Shown piece after piece: positions 1 through 8,290 of a stretch of 64,000 nt of DNA (within the stretch, counting starts at the first letter, position 1; each line of letters begins with the position of its first letter). Origin of the DNA: an uncultured archaeon (GTDB lineage Archaea > Asgardarchaeota > Heimdallarchaeia > Heimdallarchaeales > Kariarchaeaceae); assembly GCA_964645535.1 (NCBI GenBank), contig CAZYCQ010000009.1, positions 6,536 through 70,535 on the forward strand, written 5' to 3'. The position numbers were made by a program, and so were the translations under genes. Below the pieces are notes generated by a model. That model did no database searches. It had not been told where the DNA came from and saw only the letters and a list, made by a program, of their open reading frames with translations.

Positions 1-102
1 CAGAATAGGGATGGTTTGTGTGTAGTTAACCTTTTCGATGCAAAAAGGTTCTTCTTTTCTAAGGAGTTAGTGTTTAAATTAAGTCATCCTATTGAGGGAA
101 GG

Positions 103-1302
103 ATGTGGAAAATTCTTTTTGTCGGAATTGAAATGACCCTGATTATTTCAGTGGTCTTGGTGGAAGGCCAACCTTCTCTTCACCAGCAACGGGGACGTGA
201 AGGATCCGTCCTCGACTGTTCAGATCCAACAGGGACATATTACCGCGAAGCGATACCTTCAATAGATGCTCCCACATATGAAACTGTTCCTGAAGCAGAT
301 AACTACCTTGACCGTGGTGATCGCATTGTCGGTTTTTTCATTGATGGAACCTGGTATGGTTTTCCCATACGGATACTGAATCGGCATGAAATAGTGAATG
401 ATCTTGAATTAGGCTTGTCCATTACATATTGTCCTCTGACAGGTTCTGCACTGGTCTATCCATTGAATCAGCTTGATGGTAGCACTCTTGGAGTTACTGG
501 TTACCTTTTTGAATCGAATCTTGTTTTCTATGATAGGCATTCTGATAGCTGTTTTGTTCAAATGCTCAGCCTTAGTCTTTCCGGTGAAAGGTTAGGACAA
601 AGATTGACCTATATTCCAACTGTGGATCTTTTTTGGGATGACTGGATGGCTCTATTCCCCGATAGTATGATACTAAGTAGAAACAGCGGTTTCGATCCAG
701 CATACTATGCTGAAGATCAATACCGGAGTTATAGCAAAGACAATTCAATTCTATATCCTGCAAATTTCTTGGATGATGAACCATACAATCTGTATCATCC
801 TAAGACACGTACAATGGTTATCGAACTGGGCAATAAGACTTTTCTCTTTCCAAGCGAGGAATTCTCAACGGATATGGTTGTCCAATTTTCACAGGGCAAC
901 GAAGATTATGTAGTTTTCCATGATAATTCCTCTGGACTATTGCAGGCTTTCAAGGCCAATGGAAAATTTACACCTTTTCGGAATGAGAAAGGGTTGTATT
1001 TCCTAGATGAGGAAGGTAAGGGATATGATGTCCTTGGGAAGGGAATCATCAACCATGAGGATAAATTAGATGTAATTCCAACTTTTGTCTCATATTGGTA
1101 TGCTGCAATTGTTTTCTTTCCTAATTCGAAAATCTTCACTGATACTGACTTTCTCAACTATGATGTAGCTGTTGGAAACCCCTATGTGGTAATTCCTGCC
1201 CAGAAAGCTAGTAACCGTTTCTTCATTTTTGGTATACTTGTCCTGACAATCTCATTCATGGTTACATTAAGATGGATGTGGAAGCGTCAAAAGGGTGAAT
1301 AA
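103..1302 (+). CDS. DUF3179-family protein, signal/TM N-terminus and C-terminal TM anchor
   Basis: Motif GDRIVGFFIDGTWYGFPIRILNRHEIVND...ITYCPLTGSAL is typical of DUF3179. The tracked ORF begins at 16, but ATG 103 (MWKILFVGIEM...) starts the hydrophobic N-terminus. C-terminus is FFIFGILVLTISFMVTLRWMWKRQKGE. Confidence 0.6.
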   Translation: MWKILFVGIEMTLIISVVLVEGQPSLHQQRGREGSVLDCSDPTGTYYREAIPSIDAPTYETVPEADNYLDRGDRIVGFFIDGTWYGFPIRILNRHEIVNDLELGLSITYCPLTGSALVYPLNQLDGSTLGVTGYLFESNLVFYDRHSDSCFVQMLSLSLSGERLGQRLTYIPTVDLFWDDWMALFPDSMILSRNSGFDPAYYAEDQYRSYSKDNSILYPANFLDDEPYNLYHPKTRTMVIELGNKTFLFPSEEFSTDMVVQFSQGNEDYVVFHDNSSGLLQAFKANGKFTPFRNEKGLYFLDEEGKGYDVLGKGIINHEDKLDVIPTFVSYWYAAIVFFPNSKIFTDTDFLNYDVAVGNPYVVIPAQKASNRFFIFGILVLTISFMVTLRWMWKRQKGE

Positions 1303-1392
1303 TTGCTCAAATAATATGATGTTTTCAACATTCAAGAAAATTTCAAGTAATTTTGAACCAAAAGTACAATAATTGATATGTCGTAATTTAAT

Positions 1393-1821
1393 ATGTCGGG
1401 TGATGATATAATGATGTTCGACAACTACCACCCATTTTTCGGATTTTGGATGCTTGGCATCCTTGTACTATTGGTGATCGCTTTGCTTGTTGCAAGTGAT
1501 GCCTCAAAATTTGGTGAAAACGGATTCCTTTGGGGATTTGTTGTTTTCATCATGCCCATGATGGGTCTCTTGATTTACGCTATTGTAAGATCTGGTTGGG
1601 TAATCAAGACTTCTTCCATTCCCTCAACAACGGTTCCAGTTCAAACAAAGGTTCCAACAACCTCTCAACCTGCTCCTACACAATACCCTTCTACAAGTAT
1701 TGCCGTAGCTCCTAGCACTGCACCTACTGATGTAATTTATTGCACCATATGTGGAACCCCAAATCCAAATGATGCAGTCTTTTGCAAGAAATGTGGAAAC
1801 AAAATTCCAGGCGGTGCATGA
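1393..1821 (+). CDS. small membrane protein with C-terminal zinc ribbon
   Basis: Two hydrophobic helices, a Pro/Thr/Ser linker, then CTICGTPNPNDAVFCKKCGNKI (CxxC...CxxC zinc ribbon). Confidence 0.5.
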   Translation: MSGDDIMMFDNYHPFFGFWMLGILVLLVIALLVASDASKFGENGFLWGFVVFIMPMMGLLIYAIVRSGWVIKTSSIPSTTVPVQTKVPTTSQPAPTQYPSTSIAVAPSTAPTDVIYCTICGTPNPNDAVFCKKCGNKIPGGA

Positions 1822-1930
1822 AATGTGCGGATCACGTCTTGCCCGAAGAGTGCATCGACATCATGAGGAAACAGTGCAGCAGAATCACATTCAAAAAGCT
1901 ACCTCTCACATCTTCCGTTCTTCCGAGGTA

Positions 1931-2215
1931 ATGTGCATTGAATGTGGGAAGATGAACCCTGAAGGCAGTAAATTCTGTATTGCTTGTGGATCTGCAATCC
2001 GAATCTGTCCGATAAGCATGCAACCCTTTCATCCAGGAGATAACTATGCGAGATGTATCCATTGTGACAGTTATTTCCATTTGGATCATCTAAAAGATTG
2101 GATGAATGGAAATTGTCCCATCTGCAAGAATCCCCTTGAGGTGGTGCTTGGAAAATTTGAGCATATTGCTCCTCCCTCATCCAAAAATAGAGCATCTAAA
2201 ATGGCCATGGACTGA
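1931..2215 (+). CDS. zinc-ribbon plus RING-H2-like zinc-finger protein
   Basis: MCIECGKMNPEGSKFCIACGSAI, then CPIS...CDSYFHLDHLKDWMNGNCPICKNPL. The tracked ORF starts at 1751 inside the upstream gene; plausible starts are ATG 1931 or ATG 1823. Confidence 0.45.
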   Translation: MCIECGKMNPEGSKFCIACGSAIRICPISMQPFHPGDNYARCIHCDSYFHLDHLKDWMNGNCPICKNPLEVVLGKFEHIAPPSSKNRASKMAMD

Positions 2216-2366
2216 AGGAAGTGAATCATCCATAGTTTCCATCATATGAAATCAATTTTTTTCTTGTCCTTTCTCATTCTGGAAATTACACTTTTTGTGA
2301 AGTTGCCTGCATTGTTCAGTATCCAAATGAAAAACCTAAAAATGATGATGAACTTTCTGAAATCAA

Positions 2367-2437
2367 GCGCACGTGGTGTAATGGCAGCATTGGAGCCTCC
2401 CACGCTCTAGATCCGGGTTCGAATCCCGGCGTGCGCA
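2367..2437 (+). tRNA. tRNA-Gly (anticodon CCC), no intron, CCA not encoded
   Basis: Hand-folded cloverleaf. Acceptor GCGCACG/CGTGCGC. Anticodon stem GGAGC/GCTCT with loop CTCCCAC. T arm CCGGG-TTCGAAT-CCCGG. Discriminator A. Confidence 0.9.
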
Positions 2438-2457
2438 TTTCTCCCGTTTGGCTTTTC

Positions 2458-2838
2458 CTACTTTTGGTTGACCATTTTTGTTGCTACAATTTCGAAATAT
2501 CTGTCAAGCTGGAACCTTGCAGGGTGTTTTTCGGTTATGCCAACCTCATCTAGGCTTTCTTTCATTAACTGAACCCATCTGTCTCGTTCCTTGAATCCGA
2601 TTTTGAATGGCATATGCCGTTTTCTTAGCCTAGGATGCCCTCTTTGCTTTTCATAATCTCTTTTTCCTCCGAATCTCTGAATCAGAAAGAGCTTTTGCCA
2701 TTTCTTACCTTCTTCGAGATCGTCAGGAAAAAGAGGGCGCAACAATGGGTCTTTTTCGATTTTGGAATAAAAGATTTCAACTAATCGTTCTACTGTTTTC
2801 TCTCCTCCGATCAACTCAAGCAGATCTACCTCTTCCAT
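2458..2838 (-). CDS. truncated hemoglobin (bacterial-like globin, group II-like)
   Basis: LIGGEKTVERLVEIFYSKIEKDPLLRPLFP...FGGKRDYEKQRGHPRLRKRHMPFKIGFKERDRWVQLM matches the trHb pattern (GG, FY..., DP.LR.LFP, HP.LR.RH.PF.I). Confidence 0.8.
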   Translation of the reverse strand: MEEVDLLELIGGEKTVERLVEIFYSKIEKDPLLRPLFPDDLEEGKKWQKLFLIQRFGGKRDYEKQRGHPRLRKRHMPFKIGFKERDRWVQLMKESLDEVGITEKHPARFQLDRYFEIVATKMVNQK

Positions 2839-2974
2839 GGAATGATGATAATTCTAACGATTTAGATTGTTTTCATTGAGACTAATTTTATAAAATCAAT
2901 TATTGTAGTTGTTGCACGTGGTCAATTTCAGGAAAGGATAGTTATATAAGTTGCAGAACCCTTGATAAAAATGT

Positions 2975-3709
2975 ATGCTAGAACTTCCGGATTTCGAGCG
3001 TCTTATTCCAACCGATGACGAAAAACATCCTTTGTTAACATTGAAGGGCAAGGAACGTCGTAATTATGCTATTTACTCATTTGGTGTGACTTTTTCAATT
3101 ACGGTGCTCCTGTATGTTTTCCCGTCGTATTTTGCCTTGGAAATGCTAACAACTAAAATGAGTTATTTCTTCCTTAATCTCTTTGGATTTAATCCTCGGT
3201 TGTTTATCTATGAAGACCAAACATCGACTTTAGGTTTTATCGATCGGACGTTATACAACTTGTATGATTCATCTCGTGCTACCTATCCTGCCATCTCAAT
3301 TGAAGGAAAAACCGGTGTTCCGAATTACTACATCATCATCCGTGCATGTACCGGCATGCAAGCTGGCGCTTTGCTTCTTGGTTTGATTTGGTCAACTCCT
3401 GCAAAGTTAAAGGATCGGATCAATGCCTCATTCATCGTCCTTGTTGTCCTATATATCGGCAATACACTTAGAATCGCTGCGATGATTGCAATTACGACGA
3501 TATTGACCCAGGATTTCGGGGTAGGTCATGAATATGCATGGACCTTGGCTCACGACCGAATGGGCGAACCATTGGGATTTGTAGGTACCATTCTCTTCAC
3601 GTTCATGATCGAGAAACGGCAGGTCAGGATACTTGACCCTATCACCATCTGGATTGATGTTCTCAATCAAGATGTCTATCAACCACTCAAGAAAAGATTT
3701 TTCAATTGA
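2975..3709 (+). CDS. exosortase/archaeosortase-family transpeptidase-like membrane protein
   Basis: Polytopic membrane protein. Contains IIIRACTGMQAG (Cys motif) and IGNTLRIAAM (N..R motif) with Cys-to-Arg spacing of 41 residues, then a downstream His (WTLAHD). This is the exosortase/archaeosortase signature. Confidence 0.7.
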   Translation: MLELPDFERLIPTDDEKHPLLTLKGKERRNYAIYSFGVTFSITVLLYVFPSYFALEMLTTKMSYFFLNLFGFNPRLFIYEDQTSTLGFIDRTLYNLYDSSRATYPAISIEGKTGVPNYYIIIRACTGMQAGALLLGLIWSTPAKLKDRINASFIVLVVLYIGNTLRIAAMIAITTILTQDFGVGHEYAWTLAHDRMGEPLGFVGTILFTFMIEKRQVRILDPITIWIDVLNQDVYQPLKKRFFN

Positions 3710-3773
3710 TTTGTGTGAAAAAGAATATAGTCTGCTCGAAAAGCTTATTTTTCCCGACAATTTTTGTTTAATC

Positions 3774-4424
3774 ATGAAAAGACTTGGCCTTCTGTTCATA
3801 ATTCTCCTGCTAGTTGGAGTTTCGCCAGCATCTGCAGAGATTTTGCTAGATGAAAACATTGTAATCGACACCTATTACAGATCTGATTTGGGAAATTCAA
3901 CATATCCAATAATGCTATGGTTTCTTCATAACCAATCTCTGGATGAACCCAATTTAGTAATGAATGCAAAAGTCATGGTTATTTCTGCAACTGATGAATT
4001 TTCTCTTAATTTAATTTTTGAGAAAAAATATGTTTCCAAAAATAATGGTTCATCTTCTATGTTCTCTCTCCAATTCAAGATGAAAATTCCCCTGTTAAAT
4101 GAAGGAGACACAGTCGAGCTTTCATTCATGTGGAATCGTGCTTTAAATCGATCCGACTTACCTTCCAGATTTATTCCGCAACCCTCTCAACTCCATTATT
4201 TTGAGGACTTTGCGATTCAACTTGAGGAATCCGGTTTTTGGGACAATCATGTCGAGTTGGAAATTTCTCTTTGGACTTCCTTCAATTCCTCAAAGGTCAA
4301 TAATTTGGATCCAATTTACCTAAACCATTCTATATCAAGGTCTGAAAACACTATGTCCCTTGGTTCATTATTGCTTTCTGGTATCTTTATTCCTGTTGTT
4401 ATACTATGGAGGCGACTGAAATGA
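3774..4424 (+). CDS. secreted protein rich in N-x-S/T sequons, with C-terminal TM + RR tail
   Basis: Signal peptide MKRLGLLFIILLLVGVSPASA at ATG 3774 (tracked ORF starts at 3633). Many N-x-S/T sequons. Tail MSLGSLLLSGIFIPVVILWRRLK. Confidence 0.55.
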   Translation: MKRLGLLFIILLLVGVSPASAEILLDENIVIDTYYRSDLGNSTYPIMLWFLHNQSLDEPNLVMNAKVMVISATDEFSLNLIFEKKYVSKNNGSSSMFSLQFKMKIPLLNEGDTVELSFMWNRALNRSDLPSRFIPQPSQLHYFEDFAIQLEESGFWDNHVELEISLWTSFNSSKVNNLDPIYLNHSISRSENTMSLGSLLLSGIFIPVVILWRRLK

Positions 4425-5272
4425 AAAAAGGGCTGATTTTAGTTCTATTGATCTTTTTTTCTTTGGGCAAAGTGAATGCAGTTGATCTGAATGACAAGGT
4501 GGAACCACTAACCCTTTCCACCTTGATTGATTTTCATCCATATGATAGACAGGCGATCGATTCCAATTCGTTTTCCGATTCAGGATACAATGCCTCCTCA
4601 ACTCTTGCGAAAACAATTTGGATCGGTGGTTTCCCCTTAGTTGAAGGTATTGCGGATGATGTGGATTTTACGAAACGACCAAATCTAATGTATGGAAATG
4701 TTTCAGTTCGTTTAATCTCATTTGATGGAAACACATCCCTTCAAATTTCTGTATTGGCTGTTCAAAGGACTGTTTCATTGGTTCCTGAACAGGGTTTTAC
4801 TGTTTCTTCCACTACATGGAGGGGGATATTTTCCGAAATAATGGCCTCTAACGTTACTTTGACTCGTGCCTTTGAATTCCCCACTGCCAATGATGTTGTT
4901 CAATTGTCTAATGGAAGTGAAATCTGGCAGGAATCTTACAATTATCTCTTGAAGTTTACCAATTCCACGATAAACTATGGAATGTTCCAGGTGGTTCTCA
5001 CATCAAATAACAATTGGACATATTCTGCAAGAGTTGAAGTAGAAATCCAAACGGTACACAATCCCGTATTCTTTAAAATAATGGAGGATCGTTATATGCA
5101 ATTTTACCCTTCAACTTCTCTTGTATCTTCAGTAATCAATTCAACCCAAGATTCTGTGCAAATTTCAACTTCCTTACACTCCTCGTCTTCAAGAGATGAA
5201 TCGTCCTATTCCTTGCTGGGATTGCTGATTTTACCTATAATCGTTATGCACCGGCGAAAAACCAAGAAATAG
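4421..5272 (+). CDS. secreted protein rich in N-x-S/T sequons, with C-terminal TM + RRK tail
   Basis: ATG 4421 overlaps the upstream TGA (ATGA). Signal peptide MKKGLILVLLIFFSLGKVNA. At least 8 sequons. Tail YSLLGLLILPIIVMHRRKTKK. Confidence 0.55.
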   Translation: MKKGLILVLLIFFSLGKVNAVDLNDKVEPLTLSTLIDFHPYDRQAIDSNSFSDSGYNASSTLAKTIWIGGFPLVEGIADDVDFTKRPNLMYGNVSVRLISFDGNTSLQISVLAVQRTVSLVPEQGFTVSSTTWRGIFSEIMASNVTLTRAFEFPTANDVVQLSNGSEIWQESYNYLLKFTNSTINYGMFQVVLTSNNNWTYSARVEVEIQTVHNPVFFKIMEDRYMQFYPSTSLVSSVINSTQDSVQISTSLHSSSSRDESSYSLLGLLILPIIVMHRRKTKK

Positions 5273-5455
5273 ATTGACTTGGCTAATTGCAAATTATATT
5301 TTTGTAATGTTCTTGGAAATATTTTGTTTATTTACATCTCTTTCAAGATGAGGTATGTTTGCTTTTGCTTGGAAATCTTCTTGTGTGATGATGATCCGAA
5401 GCTGAATCATTCCGCCAATAACAAAAAATAGGGGATTACTTTTGTAAAATTTTCT

Positions 5456-6097
5456 TTAATCATTTATTTTGTTTCTCTTTCTTCTTAGATGATTTGAAAA
5501 TAGTGCAAGCATTACACTTGAAACAATGAATTCAAAAAATGGGCTTGGTGTATCCTGAGTAATGGATGTGTACTCTTCACCAGAAATCCATCCCTCCCAT
5601 ACTGTAAGCATATTTGTTGCTGTGACTTCTTGATATGAAGCTTTCTCATTTATAATCAGCAGGACAGTTGCATAATATTGTGCAGTGGCATTAAGCATGT
5701 ATGTTTCAACTGTTACATTTACGGCCTTTGAAAAAATCGTTCCTTCGAATACGTCAAGTCTGTCAAAATTCAATGTTTTGTAACCTCCGGTTATGTAGTT
5801 CTCATGATCCAACTCATCTGGTTGATCTGGTTTTTCCTTGAAAATATTTACACTCAGGTCTATTTGGTAAAGGGCGGTAACATCTTTTCCGAAATCATCG
5901 CAGGTGACATTTACCCACATCCAGTAATTTTGATTCTTGTAGAAATTGGAATCGATCAGTAATTCAACGTCAAAAATCGATCCTGCCTCTGTAGTCACAG
6001 AGGTATTTACACTCTTCCTCAATGCTTGGGATGGTGTTGTCAATGTGGTTGCAAGTAGCAATCCTACAATCAATGCAAAAAATCCATGTTTGTTCAT
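5456..6097 (-). CDS. secreted protein with C-terminal TM + basic tail
   Basis: Signal peptide MNKHGFFALIVGLLLATTLTTPSQA. Tail PFFEFIVSSVMLALFSNHLRRKRNKIND. Confidence 0.5.
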   Translation of the reverse strand: MNKHGFFALIVGLLLATTLTTPSQALRKSVNTSVTTEAGSIFDVELLIDSNFYKNQNYWMWVNVTCDDFGKDVTALYQIDLSVNIFKEKPDQPDELDHENYITGGYKTLNFDRLDVFEGTIFSKAVNVTVETYMLNATAQYYATVLLIINEKASYQEVTATNMLTVWEGWISGEEYTSITQDTPSPFFEFIVSSVMLALFSNHLRRKRNKIND

Positions 6098-6379
6098 ATT
6101 TAATATTCTTCCGTGGCAATTTTTAATGAATGTGGTCTACTTTTCGGTTTTCTGCTTGATTTTCAATGTATTTTTTTGGGTATTTGTGTGTGGTCTGTGT
6201 TCCTTACATCTTAATGAAGATAAAAATGAATGGTTCACGGATACACAAGTCATTTATTTCAGATTCTAAACAGACCTCATCTATATTTGGATTGAAGATT
6301 GCACTCATTGTTGATTTTAGTTGCTGACTGGTAGTTTACAAATTTTTTGTTTCCCAGTTTGAATGGGGATTGCAATACC

Positions 6380-7258
6380 TTAAGTTGGAACTGCTCGTGC
6401 TCCATCAAATTCTAACTTTCCTTTGGTGATTAGATTTGAGATATGGCCCAAAATTGTATGTCTATAAAGGATATATTGGGTAATTTTTTCTTTTTTGAGT
6501 TTTAGGGCTTCATAGATCCATCCAACAATTTCGTGGATTTCTCCTCCTTGTTCTGGTATCTGTCTTAAAATTGACTGAGCAACAGTTTGGTAATGTTCGA
6601 TATTGATTTTGCAGGCATCTTTAATTTCCTTTTTTCCCGTGATCGCTCCTCCATGTCCCAATGCTAAGTGATCGATATCCAATTTTGAAATTTTGATTAT
6701 TGATTCTGTTGCCTCATTTGGATTCGATGCAAAAAGAAGTTTATGCTTTTCTATTGTCTCCTCCTTGAAAACGGAATCTCCTGAAAAGAGTGTTTTTCCG
6801 ACCAGAAATGCAAAATGATCAATGGAATGCCCTGGTGTCGAAATTGCCTTAATTGATGAAAATGGCTGTTCCGAAATGGGGTGTATCGTTTTTGCTGGTT
6901 TAGCCATTAAATGACGATTTGTCAATTCCTTTGGTGGATGAAAACCACAGAAAATAAGAGGTTCCAAGAACGTATCCATAAAAAAGGGGATTTCTCGTGG
7001 AGGGGTAAAGATATGGCTTATGCCCAAGGAATTGAGTTTAGATATCCCTCCCATATGGTCTGCATGGTGATGTGTGACCAATGCCGCAATTGGCTTTCTT
7101 CCAATTTGTTTAATGACCTTATTCATTATACTATTGTCAATTCCTGTATCTATCAGGACTGTTCCTTGATCTGAATTGATAATGCCTATGTTTACCGGTC
7201 CTTCCACAAATGCAACTTGATCATCAATGTAAGTGATCACAACTAGTGGTTTTTCCAT
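6380..7258 (-). CDS. MBL-fold metallo-hydrolase
   Basis: VTHHHADHMGG (HxHxDH motif), plus downstream His/Asp ligands (TPGHS, GDS, LGHGG). Confidence 0.8.
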   Translation of the reverse strand: MEKPLVVITYIDDQVAFVEGPVNIGIINSDQGTVLIDTGIDNSIMNKVIKQIGRKPIAALVTHHHADHMGGISKLNSLGISHIFTPPREIPFFMDTFLEPLIFCGFHPPKELTNRHLMAKPAKTIHPISEQPFSSIKAISTPGHSIDHFAFLVGKTLFSGDSVFKEETIEKHKLLFASNPNEATESIIKISKLDIDHLALGHGGAITGKKEIKDACKINIEHYQTVAQSILRQIPEQGGEIHEIVGWIYEALKLKKEKITQYILYRHTILGHISNLITKGKLEFDGARAVPT

Positions 7259-7277
7259 TCAGCTAAAAGAAATTGCC

Positions 7278-8114
7278 TTAAGCTTCACTCAATTGCAATG
7301 CCTTGATAAGATACTCAAATTTTTCAAGGTCTTCAGGATAATCTAGATCTACACAAATTTCTGGGTCCTTTGAAATTAATGTTTCCAATTCGATATTCAT
7401 CACTCGTTTCAGTGTTGGCTTGACATCAGTTTCAAGGGAAAGTCTGCCGAAAAGATATTTGAAGATTGCAATCAACGAGAAACCCCCCAATATCTTTAAT
7501 ATGTTTTTTCTGTTTTTCATTATGGCATGCGCAACCTGTTGGGCTTCTGGTTTGAGTGCTGCCTGTGGTGAATAGACAAAGAAATCGCCCGTTGCGAAAA
7601 CCCCTTCGGTAAATTTGCGGAAGCGTTTCGTTGCTTGAGGAAACCGTTTTTCCACTATTTTCTTTGGTACAAACGGATAAAATAGTTCAATTGGTTTCCC
7701 GGTCTTTTTCTCAAATTTTTTTCCGATTTTCTCAGCAAGGTTGATATTTCGGTCAATGATTTCGTGTGTGATGAATGGAATGTCTGAAGACAGACTTAGG
7801 ACATATTGTGGTGGATTCTGAAGTGAGGTGAAATAATTGACTGCTTTCATGGCTGTGTCAAAATTAGTTCCTGATGAAGGAATGAAATTCAGGCTTTTTT
7901 CCGTCTGGATATCTATTTGTTTCTCATCCAATCCCACAATTGTAATTGATTCAATTCGTTCGGCCTTATCCAGCGCTTCAAGAACATATGAGATTATGGG
8001 TCTGCCTGCCAAGGGTATCAATGCCTTATTTTCTACGCCTGCCGCCTGGCAGAGGGGGTCAACCTTATTAGGATCAGATCCGGCTGGGATATATGCGGGT
8101 ATTTTCTGATCCAT
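7278..8114 (-). CDS. MobA-like NTP-transferase family protein
   Basis: N-terminal KALIPLAGRPIISYVLEAL nucleotidyltransferase fold motif; ...SSDIPFIT later. Confidence 0.6.
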   Translation of the reverse strand: MDQKIPAYIPAGSDPNKVDPLCQAAGVENKALIPLAGRPIISYVLEALDKAERIESITIVGLDEKQIDIQTEKSLNFIPSSGTNFDTAMKAVNYFTSLQNPPQYVLSLSSDIPFITHEIIDRNINLAEKIGKKFEKKTGKPIELFYPFVPKKIVEKRFPQATKRFRKFTEGVFATGDFFVYSPQAALKPEAQQVAHAIMKNRKNILKILGGFSLIAIFKYLFGRLSLETDVKPTLKRVMNIELETLISKDPEICVDLDYPEDLEKFEYLIKALQLSEA

Positions 8115-8125
8115 GTAGGGTTCCC

Positions 8126-8242
8126 CTATTTCTCCTTGATATCTGCCTCTTCCATTGCGAAGAAGTGGTAGGCAAGAACAAGTCCAAGTGCAATGATTGA
8201 TGCAACTATGCTCAGGTATCTAACTACTGTAAAATCGATCAC
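8126..8242 (-). CDS. possible 38-aa single-TM micro-protein (not in ORF track)
   Basis: GTG start. Translation (M)IDFTVVRYLSIVASIIALGLVLAYHFFAMEEADIKEK. Lies between the TetR gene and the NTP-transferase gene on the same strand, with its stop 11 nt before ATG 8114. No homology evidence. Confidence 0.25.
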   Translation of the reverse strand: MIDFTVVRYLSIVASIIALGLVLAYHFFAMEEADIKEK

Positions 8243-8290
8243 AATTTGCCCATCGAATGTTCCCTAAAAAATCTTATCCTCAGGGACAGG

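Noticed and set aside
2342-2360. C/D-box-like ATGATGA ... CTGA just upstream of tRNA-Gly. A similar GTGATGATGA...CTGA occurs at 5385..5405.
   Set aside because: The C-like and D-like boxes are only 5-7 nt apart. This is too short for a guide region. There is no C'/D' pair and no terminal stem.
2246-2410. A 54-codon ORF (MKSIFFLSFLILEITLF...) in the gap before and across the tRNA gene.
   Set aside because: It runs through the tRNA-Gly sequence and has no motif, so it is most likely fortuitous.
5348-5431. 27-aa ORF MRYVCFCLEIFLCDDDPKLNHSANNKK in the 5273-5455 spacer.
   Set aside because: It is very short, has no ribosome-binding site or recognisable motif, and lies between convergent genes.
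5946-6269. 107-aa plus-strand ORF in the 6.0-6.3 kb region.
   Set aside because: Its first half is antisense to the signal-peptide end of 5456..6097. The rest is AT-rich spacer giving a Phe/Val/Cys-rich low-complexity translation.
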